In this document: positions 9,374 to 16,842 of the stretch, piece after piece
Numbering within the stretch: position 1 is the stretch's first letter
Layout of the letters: every line of letters begins with the position of its first letter
NCBI GenBank assembly: GCA_963827235.1
Contig: CAWHAE010000004.1
Coordinates: 1 to 17,159 of the forward strand
DNA: 17,159 nucleotides
DNA from: an uncultured bacterium
GTDB taxonomy: Bacteria > Chloroflexota > UBA5177 > JANWHV01
Reading direction: 5' to 3'
Program-made: the position numbers and the translations under genes
The notes under the pieces: model-generated
Told to the model about the DNA's origin: nothing
What the model saw: the letters and a program-made list of their open reading frames with translations, nothing else
The model's database searches: none

Positions 9374-9745
9374 ATGGATCGTCGCTCTGATAGCGCTGAT
9401 GACCCGCATCCGCACCTGACCCCAGGGCAAGGCAATCCGTCCGACGATGGACAGCACGAGGCATACGCGGCGACCAAGCCGCCGCGCGAGCTCGTTTGTC
9501 CGTTGTGTGCCAAGACGATAACGGTTGATAGGCTGCCGGAGCTGATCGCAAACGAGGAGGCGCGCCAACGTGTGGCAATGGAAGTGGTCGAGCTGGGCCG
9601 AGCGCTGTTTCAAGCCGTCCTTACCGTGGCAGCCCGTGCAGAGACCACGAGCGACCGTGCCCTCGCTGGCTTCTCGGTCGAGGACGTACAGACGGCAGGC
9701 AATGAGGTGTTCAATACCCTGCGCCTGCTGCTGGACGCGGATTGA
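9374..9745 (+). CDS. Hypothetical protein with a single CPLC motif
   Basis: Strong RBS GGAGGAG 3 nt before ATG 9374; low-complexity N-terminus, CxxC, then amphipathic helices. Confidence 0.65.
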   Translation: MDRRSDSADDPHPHLTPGQGNPSDDGQHEAYAATKPPRELVCPLCAKTITVDRLPELIANEEARQRVAMEVVELGRALFQAVLTVAARAETTSDRALAGFSVEDVQTAGNEVFNTLRLLLDAD

Positions 9746-9851
9746 GGTTCTCCGGAGAACGCCTGCAGGTACGCTGCGGCGTGCAGCTTCCCGGCCCCCG
9801 GGCACCGTGGCTCTACTGCGCGGCATGCCTGAGCGACGTGCCTGCGCCCTC

Positions 9852-9880
9852 TTGCCAGCGAGACTGCACAGGTCTATCAT
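9852..9880 (+). promoter_or_regulatory. Sigma70-type promoter upstream of the Crp/Fnr gene
   Basis: TTGCCA (9852-9857), 17-nt spacer, TATCAT (9875-9880). Confidence 0.55.
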
Positions 9881-10085
9881 GGTCCCCAACAGTGCAGTTC
9901 CTGCAGCCCAAATATGGTCGTGCACGCGGGCACGCCTCCAGCCCCAATCTCTCTGCGGACGAGTTGCCATGCCGAACGCCTGACGCGCGCACCACGCGTG
10001 GCCCGGTTCGCATGCGAGCCATCCGCAGCTCAGCCGCGCAGGCCGGTGCGTGGTGGCCTGCGAAGACCAAGCAGGGGAGGTGCCG

Positions 10086-10775
10086 GTGATTACCGATGAT
10101 CTGTCGCCGCTGCAAGGACTGCCGTACTTTCGCGGCCTCCATCCCGCGGAGCTCGGGCTCCTGCGTCAGCAGGCCCATCGACAGGATTGCGCCGCGGGCG
10201 AGATCATCCTGCTGGAGGGCGAGCCGGTCGAAGGGCTGTACGTGGTACGCACCGGCCGTGTGCGCTTCTACCGGAGTACGCCCGAGGGCAGAGAGCAGGT
10301 CCTCTACGTGTGCGGACCGGGTGACTCATTCAACGATGCCCCGGCACTCGACGGTGGCGTCAACCTGGGCAGCGCCCAGGCGATGACCCGGGACACCAGC
10401 ATCTACGTGCTCCCATCCTCCCTCATGAAGGAGCTAATGGCGTCGAACCAGAAGGTTGCCGCGGCGATCGTCGGCGTGCTCGTCGGTCGCGTCCGGCAGC
10501 TCGCCGGCCTGGCCGAGGATCTCTCGTTGCGCACCACCACCCAGCGTGTCGCGAAATTGCTCTTGGGGGAGAGTGTGGGATCGGAGCGCGTGACGGTGAA
10601 CACGCAGGACATCGCCAGCCGCATCGGCACCGTGCGCGAGGTGGTCAGCCGCTCCCTCCGCCAGCTCGAGCTGGCCGGAGCGGTCGTCCACGGTGAGCAG
10701 AGCACCATCCTCGTCGACCGCCGTGCGCTGCGTGCGGTCCTCGCGGAGGAGCGACGACGCACCACTGACATGTAG
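10086..10775 (+). CDS. Crp/Fnr family transcriptional regulator
   Basis: cNMP-like domain (GEIILLEGEPVEGLYVVRTGRVRFY..GREQVL) and HTH TQDIASRIGTVREVVSRSL; GGAGGT RBS before GTG 10086. Confidence 0.92.
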   Translation: MITDDLSPLQGLPYFRGLHPAELGLLRQQAHRQDCAAGEIILLEGEPVEGLYVVRTGRVRFYRSTPEGREQVLYVCGPGDSFNDAPALDGGVNLGSAQAMTRDTSIYVLPSSLMKELMASNQKVAAAIVGVLVGRVRQLAGLAEDLSLRTTTQRVAKLLLGESVGSERVTVNTQDIASRIGTVREVVSRSLRQLELAGAVVHGEQSTILVDRRALRAVLAEERRRTTDM

Positions 10776-11204
10776 GTTGTTGACCACGTCAGGCACCCCG
10801 GCGCGGGATCGCAGGATCTGCTCCGCGTCGATACGCTGACCCTCCGAGTCAACCTCGCCGTCGAGCCGTAGCCGGCCGTGAGCCACCGTGATCCGTATGC
10901 GCCCCTGGGGCAGCGAGCAGGCGGCGATCAGCACGCTGCGCGCTTGGCGTGCCAGCGCCATGTCACCTGCCAGCTCGCCATCGCGATCCTTCACCTCGAT
11001 CTCGTCGACGAGATCAAGGACGCCATGCAGCCGGTGTGCCGCGGCTTCGGCCGCCCTGCGATCCGCCTCGCGCTGCACCGTGCCGCTCAGGGCAACGACG
11101 CCCTGTGAGACGCCGACCTCGATGCCCGCGGCGGCTATCTCGCGGCCCCAGACCAGCTCGTCGCGTACCGCCGCAGCGATTTCTCCATCACTCCATAGCG
11201 ACAC
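10434..11204 (-). CDS. Dual BON-domain protein with a read-through C-terminal tail
   Basis: Two BON repeats (D.EIAAAVRDEL..VSQGVVALSGTV..GVLDLVDEI; RITVAHGRLRLDGEV..GVPDVVNNL). RBS AGGAAGGGG before GTG 11204. Homology ends near 10765 but the frame stays open to 10434. Confidence 0.75.
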   Translation of the reverse strand: MSLWSDGEIAAAVRDELVWGREIAAAGIEVGVSQGVVALSGTVQREADRRAAEAAAHRLHGVLDLVDEIEVKDRDGELAGDMALARQARSVLIAACSLPQGRIRITVAHGRLRLDGEVDSEGQRIDAEQILRSRAGVPDVVNNLHVSGASSLLREDRTQRTAVDEDGALLTVDDRSGQLELAEGAADHLAHGADAAGDVLRVHRHALRSHTLPQEQFRDTLGGGAQREILGQAGELPDATDEHADDRRGNLLVRRH

Positions 11205-11303
11205 AGTGGAACCCCTTCCTCTCTGTTCCGGTCGTACGAGCCACACGTGCTTCCGGGCTGCTTGGCTCGCCGGCGCTCTGCTCATCTGGCGTACGTGATG
11301 CGT

Positions 11304-12153
11304 CTACTGCGCGGGTGCAACGGCAGCGGCGGCCGGTATGCCCGCAGGGTCGGCTTCAGAGGGCGGGACCAGGAGCACCGGCATGCTGGCATGGCGCAGG
11401 ACGTGCTCAGCGATGCTTCCGTAGAGCAGCCGATCAAGCCTGCTACGCCGATGCGAGGCCATGACGATCAGGTCGACGTGCTCCAGCGAAGCCGTCTCGA
11501 GGATTGCCTCGGCGGGCTCGTCCCCCCAGACGAGGGTCTGGCACTTGCGACCCTGCAGTCGCTCCTGGACCAGGGCGTCGAGGTAGCCGAGTGCCATGGC
11601 AGGGCGGTCCTCCGCCGTGTCCCGGGCCTTTCCGTGCGAGACGGCCCGTAGTAGCACGAGCCGGCTGTCCGTCGCAAGATGCGCGCGCAGCTGATACGTG
11701 AGCGCCCCTTCCGCCAGCGGCGTGCCGTCCAGCGGCAGCAGCACGGCATGAAACGGATCGCTTGGGCTCACCGCGGGTCGATGGCTGCCGTGCACCAGCA
11801 GGAGCGGGACCGTCGAGCGGTGCACAACGGCCTGGGCGACTGAACCGAGGAGCGCCCGCGAAAGGCCCGAGCGGCCGTGCGTGCCCATGGCGATCAGGTC
11901 GGCGTCGAATCCCTCGGCGACCGCGACGATCCCCGTCGCGTGCCAGTCGCTCGCGCACGCCGGCCAGGTACTGCTCGGCCTCCGGCATCGTGCCGCTCGC
12001 CGGAGAGGCGAGGCTCTCGGAGATCGTCGTGAAAGGCGTCACGCGGAGCAGCAACGGCGTCGCCCCCGTCTGCCGGGTCAGCCGGCAGGCCTCGGTCAGC
12101 GCCTGCTCAGCAAGATGCGAGCCATCCAGTGCAACAAGTATCGTCTGTATCAT
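11304..12153 (-). pseudogene. Tandem-domain universal stress protein, frameshifted by an internal deletion near 11932-11939
   Basis: One frame reads MIQTILVALDGSHLAEQAL..ERLARDG; another reads ATGIVAVAEGFDADLIAMGTHGRSGL..GSVA plus a second USP domain (VLLPLDGTPLAE..DLIVMASH..GSIAE). Confidence 0.8.
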
Positions 12154-12172
12154 CGGTTGGTATCCTTGTTCA

Positions 12173-13024
12173 TCACACAGTCTGTTCAAGTGCATAGCGG
12201 AGAAAGAGGTGACTCCCGGCGCGCTTGAGACTAACGAGCCGGCTCCAGAGCGGCTCGTCAGGTGCGAATTGGTGCCCCGCGACCAGGCTCGGCCGGTTGA
12301 TCTCGACGTTCCGGCCGGCAACCTGAGGCGAGAGTGTCAGGAACAGCTCGTCCAGGCACCGGTCAGCCAGGAAGTCTCCCAGCAGGTGCGGACCACCCTC
12401 GACCAAGACCAGCGTGCTGGTCCGCATGCGCCGAACGGCACCGAGCACCTCCTGCGATTGAAGCCGGCCCGTGGTTGAAACGACTTCCAGATGCACGGAA
12501 GGAGGCAGCTCTTTGGTGCCGAGGTGCTGCCCGCCCTCCAGGGTTGTCACCAGCAGCACCGGCGCTTCGCCGGCCCGGAACACCGGTAGAGCCAGGTCCA
12601 CGCTGCCACTCGCCGTGACGATCACAGTCAGTGGCACCGGTTCCTTGCCCGCGGTGGCTCGCAGGGCCTGGTACGACTCCAGCAGCGACGGACACACATG
12701 CGCAGGCGTCCAACGGTGCTGCGGCACCGCCCGCAACGTACCCGCGCCCACGACCACCGCGTCGACCAGTGCCCGGAGCAGGCCCATGACCGCGCGATCG
12801 TGCGGATTGTTGCCGCTGATCGGCCGCCCGCCCGACTGTCCGGGGATGCCCAAAGAGACGACGCCGTCCAGACTGGTGACGAAGTTCGCGATGACGTAGG
12901 GGCGATCCTCGGGCGCCGCCGGCAGGCGCAGCGGGCCGTACAGGGCGGCCAGCTCCGCCGGAAGGGACGCCGGCATGCCGTGCTCCTGCTCGTAGAGCGT
13001 CTCGAGCGGCTGCGGCGCGTTCAC
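12173..13024 (-). CDS. Stand-alone RibD C-terminal / dihydrofolate reductase-fold reductase
   Basis: PYVIANFVTSLDG, DAVVVGAGTLRA, VLVEGGP, LDELFLTLSP; no deaminase domain. GTG 13024 overlaps the folE stop (GTGA); alternative ATG at 13039. Confidence 0.85.
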   Translation of the reverse strand: MNAPQPLETLYEQEHGMPASLPAELAALYGPLRLPAAPEDRPYVIANFVTSLDGVVSLGIPGQSGGRPISGNNPHDRAVMGLLRALVDAVVVGAGTLRAVPQHRWTPAHVCPSLLESYQALRATAGKEPVPLTVIVTASGSVDLALPVFRAGEAPVLLVTTLEGGQHLGTKELPPSVHLEVVSTTGRLQSQEVLGAVRRMRTSTLVLVEGGPHLLGDFLADRCLDELFLTLSPQVAGRNVEINRPSLVAGHQFAPDEPLWSRLVSLKRAGSHLFLRYALEQTV

Positions 13025-13695
13025 CGGTGCACTCCGCATATGGCCAGGAACTCGCTGCGCAGCGCGGGGTCATCGGCATACGCGCCCCGCCAGACCGCGC
13101 TGCGCGTCACCGGCAGCGGCGCCCGCACGCCGCGCATCTGCGTGCACAGATGCTGCGCTTCCAGATAGACCGCGACGCCATGCGGCTGCAGCATCGCTTC
13201 CAGGGTGTCCGCGATCTGCTGGCCGATGCGCTCTTGCACCGTGAACCGCTTGGCGAAGAGCCGCACCAGGCGGGTGAGCTTGGAGATGCCGATGATGTGC
13301 TCGTGCGCGATGTATCCGACGAAGGCCTGCCCGTGGAAGGGCAGGGCGTGGTGCTCACAGAGGGCATAGAGCGGGATCGGGCCCTCAATTACCGGGCTGA
13401 GACGGCAGTCCGGCTCCCCGCGGCACTCCGTGCGGAAGGCGGTGAGCACCTTGGGATCGCCCTCGTACCCTTCTGTCGCGTCATAGAGCGCGCGCAGGAA
13501 GCGCCGCGGCGTGAGTTCGGTGGCCGGCGTGTGCAGGTCCATCCCGTATGCCGTGAAGATTTCGGCCATGTAGCCGGCGAACGTGCGCATCTGATCCTCG
13601 GAGACGTGGCGCGGGTAGAGGGCAACCGTGTTCTCCCAGTCCTCGACCTCCTCATGCGTGCTCGCGTTGAAGCTGGCTGCCTCGTCCACGTTCAT
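13021..13695 (-). CDS. folE: GTP cyclohydrolase I (type 1)
   Basis: LCEHHALPFHG, IGISKLTRLV, VQERI, HLCTQMRG, with the zinc ligands present. Confidence 0.9.
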   Translation of the reverse strand: MNVDEAASFNASTHEEVEDWENTVALYPRHVSEDQMRTFAGYMAEIFTAYGMDLHTPATELTPRRFLRALYDATEGYEGDPKVLTAFRTECRGEPDCRLSPVIEGPIPLYALCEHHALPFHGQAFVGYIAHEHIIGISKLTRLVRLFAKRFTVQERIGQQIADTLEAMLQPHGVAVYLEAQHLCTQMRGVRAPLPVTRSAVWRGAYADDPALRSEFLAICGVHR

Positions 13696-13700
13696 CGCTC

Positions 13701-14834
13701 CTACCTTCCGGCGCTGAGCACAGCCTGCTTCTGGCCGATCGCCGCCTCCAGCTTGTCGAGCGCGGCGACAAACGACGCAACGCCCTGCGCCAGAAGCGCG
13801 TCCGTCACTTCATTTAGGCGGATGCCGGACGCCTCCAACTGTTCGACGGTGCGGTAGGCCTCGTCCAGATGCTGGTCAATGGTGCGCGCCAGGCGCCCAT
13901 GGTCCTGGAATGCGTCGATGGTCGTCTGCGGCAACGTCGTCACCGTGTCGGGACCGATCAGCTCTTCCACGTAGCGCACGTCGCTATACGCCGGGTTCTT
14001 GGTGCCGGTGCTGGCCCAGAGAGCCCGCTGCACCCGCGCTCCCCGTGCGCGCAGCGATGCGAAGCGCTCACCGGCGAACGCCTTGAGGAAGTGCTGGTAG
14101 GCGATGCGGGCGTTGGCGATTGCGGCCGTACCGTGTAGCGTCTCCAGTTCGCGCTGGCGCGCCGCGTTCGTCTCTCCCGCAATGCAGGCCGCCAGGCGCT
14201 TGTCGACCTCGGTATCGACCCGGCTGACGAAGAAGCTGGCGACGGAGGCGATCGACTGCAGCGGCAGCCCGCGCCCGGCCGCGTCCTCCAGGCCGCCCAG
14301 GTAGGCCGCCATCACCCGGTCGTAGGCGCCGAGAGCGAAAATCAGCGTGATGTTCACGTTGATGCCCTCGCCGGTGAGCCGGCGAATGGCCGGCATCCCC
14401 TCGTCTGTCGCCGGCACCTTCACCATCACGTTCGGCCGATCCACGGTCTGCCAGAAACGGCGCGCCTCGGCGACGGTGGCAGCGGTATCGTGCGCGAGCC
14501 GCGGCGAGACTTCGATGCTGACGTAGCCGTCCCCGCCCGCGGTCTGGTCGTAGAGCGGGCGGAGAAGGTCCGCGGCGCCCCGAATATCCTCGACGAGAAG
14601 GTGCTCGTAGATCGCGGAAGGGCCGGCGCCCGTGGCGAGCAGGTCCTGGATGGCCGCATCGTAGTCGGTGCTGTCCAGGATGGCCTTCTCGAAGATCGTG
14701 GGGTTGACGGTCACGCCGCGAATCCCGCGCTCCAGGAGAGACTGCAGCCAACCAGAGGTGAGGTAGCTGCGCCGGATGTTGTCGTACCAGGGACTCTGGC
14801 CGAAGTCGATCAGTTGTTGGAGTCGTGTGCTCAT
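13701..14834 (-). CDS. tal: Transaldolase (long type)
   Basis: GQSPWYDNI, GVTVNPTIF, VSIEVSP, NVMVKVPAT (Schiff-base Lys), SVASFFVSRVD, LWASTGTKNP. GAGAGG RBS before ATG 14834; frame is open upstream to GTG 15026. Confidence 0.93.
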   Translation of the reverse strand: MSTRLQQLIDFGQSPWYDNIRRSYLTSGWLQSLLERGIRGVTVNPTIFEKAILDSTDYDAAIQDLLATGAGPSAIYEHLLVEDIRGAADLLRPLYDQTAGGDGYVSIEVSPRLAHDTAATVAEARRFWQTVDRPNVMVKVPATDEGMPAIRRLTGEGINVNITLIFALGAYDRVMAAYLGGLEDAAGRGLPLQSIASVASFFVSRVDTEVDKRLAACIAGETNAARQRELETLHGTAAIANARIAYQHFLKAFAGERFASLRARGARVQRALWASTGTKNPAYSDVRYVEELIGPDTVTTLPQTTIDAFQDHGRLARTIDQHLDEAYRTVEQLEASGIRLNEVTDALLAQGVASFVAALDKLEAAIGQKQAVLSAGR

Positions 14835-15046
14835 TGCGAACCTCTCATATCTCTTTGTGCGCTGGAAGGACGGTGAGGCGGCTCGCGTTCCGAGACGCAT
14901 GATGCGGCTGCGCCGGCGTGCGTTCCGCTCCAATCTGCGCGCCGAGCGCTCGTGTCCGAGCACATCTCGCGCGGCCCCGCCAAGCTCGTGGTGTCCGAGG
15001 CGGAAGCCGGCATCGTCAGCACACACCCACCATCCTTCCTCGCTTC

Positions 15047-15117
15047 ACTCTGCTGCATGCCTGCGCTGGTAGCCGTGACTTTTGTCGTGGCTGTCGCTGC
15101 GAGGGCGGCGCTACGCT
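15047..15117. promoter_or_regulatory. CRP/FNR-like box F (15074-15089), possibly bidirectional
   Basis: CGTGA-CTTTTG-TCGTG. Minus-strand CAGAGT (15047-15052) at 21 nt toward tal; plus-strand TACGCT (15112-15117) at 22 nt toward the kinase remnant. Confidence 0.6.
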
Positions 15118-15155
15118 CAGGTCGATACCAGGCACGGTTGAAGAGAGGAGCAGCG

Positions 15156-15383
15156 GTGCTAAACCTTCAGCCAAGCGCCGTGGGGTTAGGCAGGCTGTTC
15201 GACCAGCTTCCTGACGCAGTCGCAGTCGCCGACGCAGACGATGGAGCTATCCGCAAGGCCATCGTCGAACTGCACGGCGGCGCTGTCGGCCTGGAGAGTG
15301 CGCCGGGCGAAGGGGCCTGTTTCTGGTTCACCCTCCCGCTGGCGGAAAAGCTGTGCATTGGGGAGCAAGCAGGCGCGGGCTAA
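15156..15383 (+). pseudogene. Collapsed PAS-histidine kinase remnant (PAS start fused to HATPase end)
   Basis: RBS GAGGAG plus GTG. LFDQLPDAVAVAD (PAS-like start) is joined to KAIVELHGGAVGLESAPGEGACFWFTLP (HATPase C-terminus); no H, N or G boxes. Confidence 0.75.
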
Positions 15384-15450
15384 CTGCTCGTGCACGCGCT
15401 ACCAAGAGGCGGAGACAGGGGAGAGGAGCCTCGACGATGCGTGATGGGCT

Positions 15451-16434
15451 GTGACGGGCATCGGCGACGACGACGTGGCGCCTGCAGCGGTATCGCTGCC
15501 GGTGCTGCCGCCCTTTCATCTCGAGGGTACTGTGCGCGTGCTCCAGCGACGGCCGGCCAACAGGGTCGAGCGCTGGGAGCAACATCGCTACCAGCGCGTG
15601 CTGGCCACCGCCGAGGGGCTGAGGTTGGTTGCCGTGGAGAACCTCGGCACCGTCGAGGAGCCGGATCTTCGCTGCCACCCTGCCGGTGGTCCAGTCTCCA
15701 GCCACACCCAAGCTACGGTGAGCAGCGCGCTACGGCGCCTGCTGGGCCTCGACGTCGATCCGGCCCCCTTCTACACGCTGGCCGGGCTGCATCCGGGCAT
15801 GCGGCCGGCCGTCGCGGCGTTGCGCGGCGTACGGCCGCCCAGATTCCCCAGCCTGCTCGAAGCCTTCGCGAATGTGATCCCGTTCCAGCAGGTCAGCCTG
15901 GCAGCAGGCGTGAGCATCGTGGGGCGGATCGTGCTGCGGTTCGGCGAGCGTCTCGCTCTCGGCGGCCAGGTGTACTACGCGTTCCCCGACCCTGAAGCAC
16001 TTGCTTACGCGGACCCGGACGAGTTGCGTTCCCTCGGCCTGAGCCACGCCAAGGCAGGCACGCTCCAGGCGGTGGCGCGGCACATCCTGGCGGGTGAGCT
16101 CAGCGAACAGAAGCTCGAGGCGCTCTCAAGCGAGGCCGCCCTGCAGGCACTGACGACCCTGCCCGGCATTGGCCCATGGAGCGCGGGACTCGTCCTACTG
16201 CGCGGGTTGGGCCGGATGGACGTGTTTCCGCCCGGCGACGTCGGAGCCCAGCACAACCTCGCCCGCCTGCTCGCGATCGACCCGTCAACTGCACGCGCCA
16301 ACCTGCCGGTCGCTATCGAGCAGATGGGAAGCATGAGGGGCTTCCTGTACTTCTACGCCCTGGGCTGGCGCCTCTTGCAGGAAGAGCTTATCACGCCCGC
16401 AATCGATCCTGCAGAACGACCATCGAGATCGTAG
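15451..16434 (+). CDS. DNA-3-methyladenine glycosylase II family (AlkA-like, HhH-GPD)
   Basis: QQVSLAA, AFPDPEAL, LRSLGLSHAKA, HhH LPGIGPWSA, DVFPPGD (catalytic Asp). Confidence 0.88.
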   Translation: MTGIGDDDVAPAAVSLPVLPPFHLEGTVRVLQRRPANRVERWEQHRYQRVLATAEGLRLVAVENLGTVEEPDLRCHPAGGPVSSHTQATVSSALRRLLGLDVDPAPFYTLAGLHPGMRPAVAALRGVRPPRFPSLLEAFANVIPFQQVSLAAGVSIVGRIVLRFGERLALGGQVYYAFPDPEALAYADPDELRSLGLSHAKAGTLQAVARHILAGELSEQKLEALSSEAALQALTTLPGIGPWSAGLVLLRGLGRMDVFPPGDVGAQHNLARLLAIDPSTARANLPVAIEQMGSMRGFLYFYALGWRLLQEELITPAIDPAERPSRS

Positions 16435-16476
16435 TCTTCAATGTACGGGCTCGTACAACACGAAGGGGGAAGCGAT

Positions 16477-16842
16477 GTGGTTCAGATGAAGCGCGTGTAT
16501 GAAGCAGCCAGTGAGGGCGACGGGTATCGCGTCCTGGTGGAGCGGCTGTGGCCGCGTGGCGTGAGTAAGGCGGCGGCGCGGCTCGACGCCTGGGAGAAGG
16601 GCGCCGCGCCCTCCGACGACCTGCGCCGCTGGTACGGCCACGATCCGCAGAAATGGGAGGAGTTTCAGGGCCGTTATGAGCGAGAGCTACGGGCACCGGA
16701 AGCCCAGGCCATTCTGGATGATCTGGCGCAGCGGGCGAAGCATGGCACCGTGACGCTAGTCTACGGGTCGCACGAAGGCGAGATCAGCAACGCCGCCGTC
16801 CTGGGGCGGTTGCTGGTAGCCCGAGTCGCGGAAGGTGCATGA
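16477..16842 (+). CDS. DUF488 (YeaO-like) protein
   Basis: KRVYE..DGYRVLVERLWPRGVSK..APSDDLRRWYGHDP..EF..RY..EL, TLVYG..NAAVL. Confidence 0.85.
   Translation: MVQMKRVYEAASEGDGYRVLVERLWPRGVSKAAARLDAWEKGAAPSDDLRRWYGHDPQKWEEFQGRYERELRAPEAQAILDDLAQRAKHGTVTLVYGSHEGEISNAAVLGRLLVARVAEGA

Noticed and set aside
9747-9760. LexA (SOS) box
   Set aside because: It is GTTC-N6-GAAC, with opposite orientation and different spacing from the Gram-positive GAAC-N4-GTTC box.
14831-15058. 75-aa ORF whose stop overlaps the tal ATG, as a leader peptide
   Set aside because: Its annotated start lies upstream of the predicted TSS, it has no recognisable features, and tal has its own RBS.
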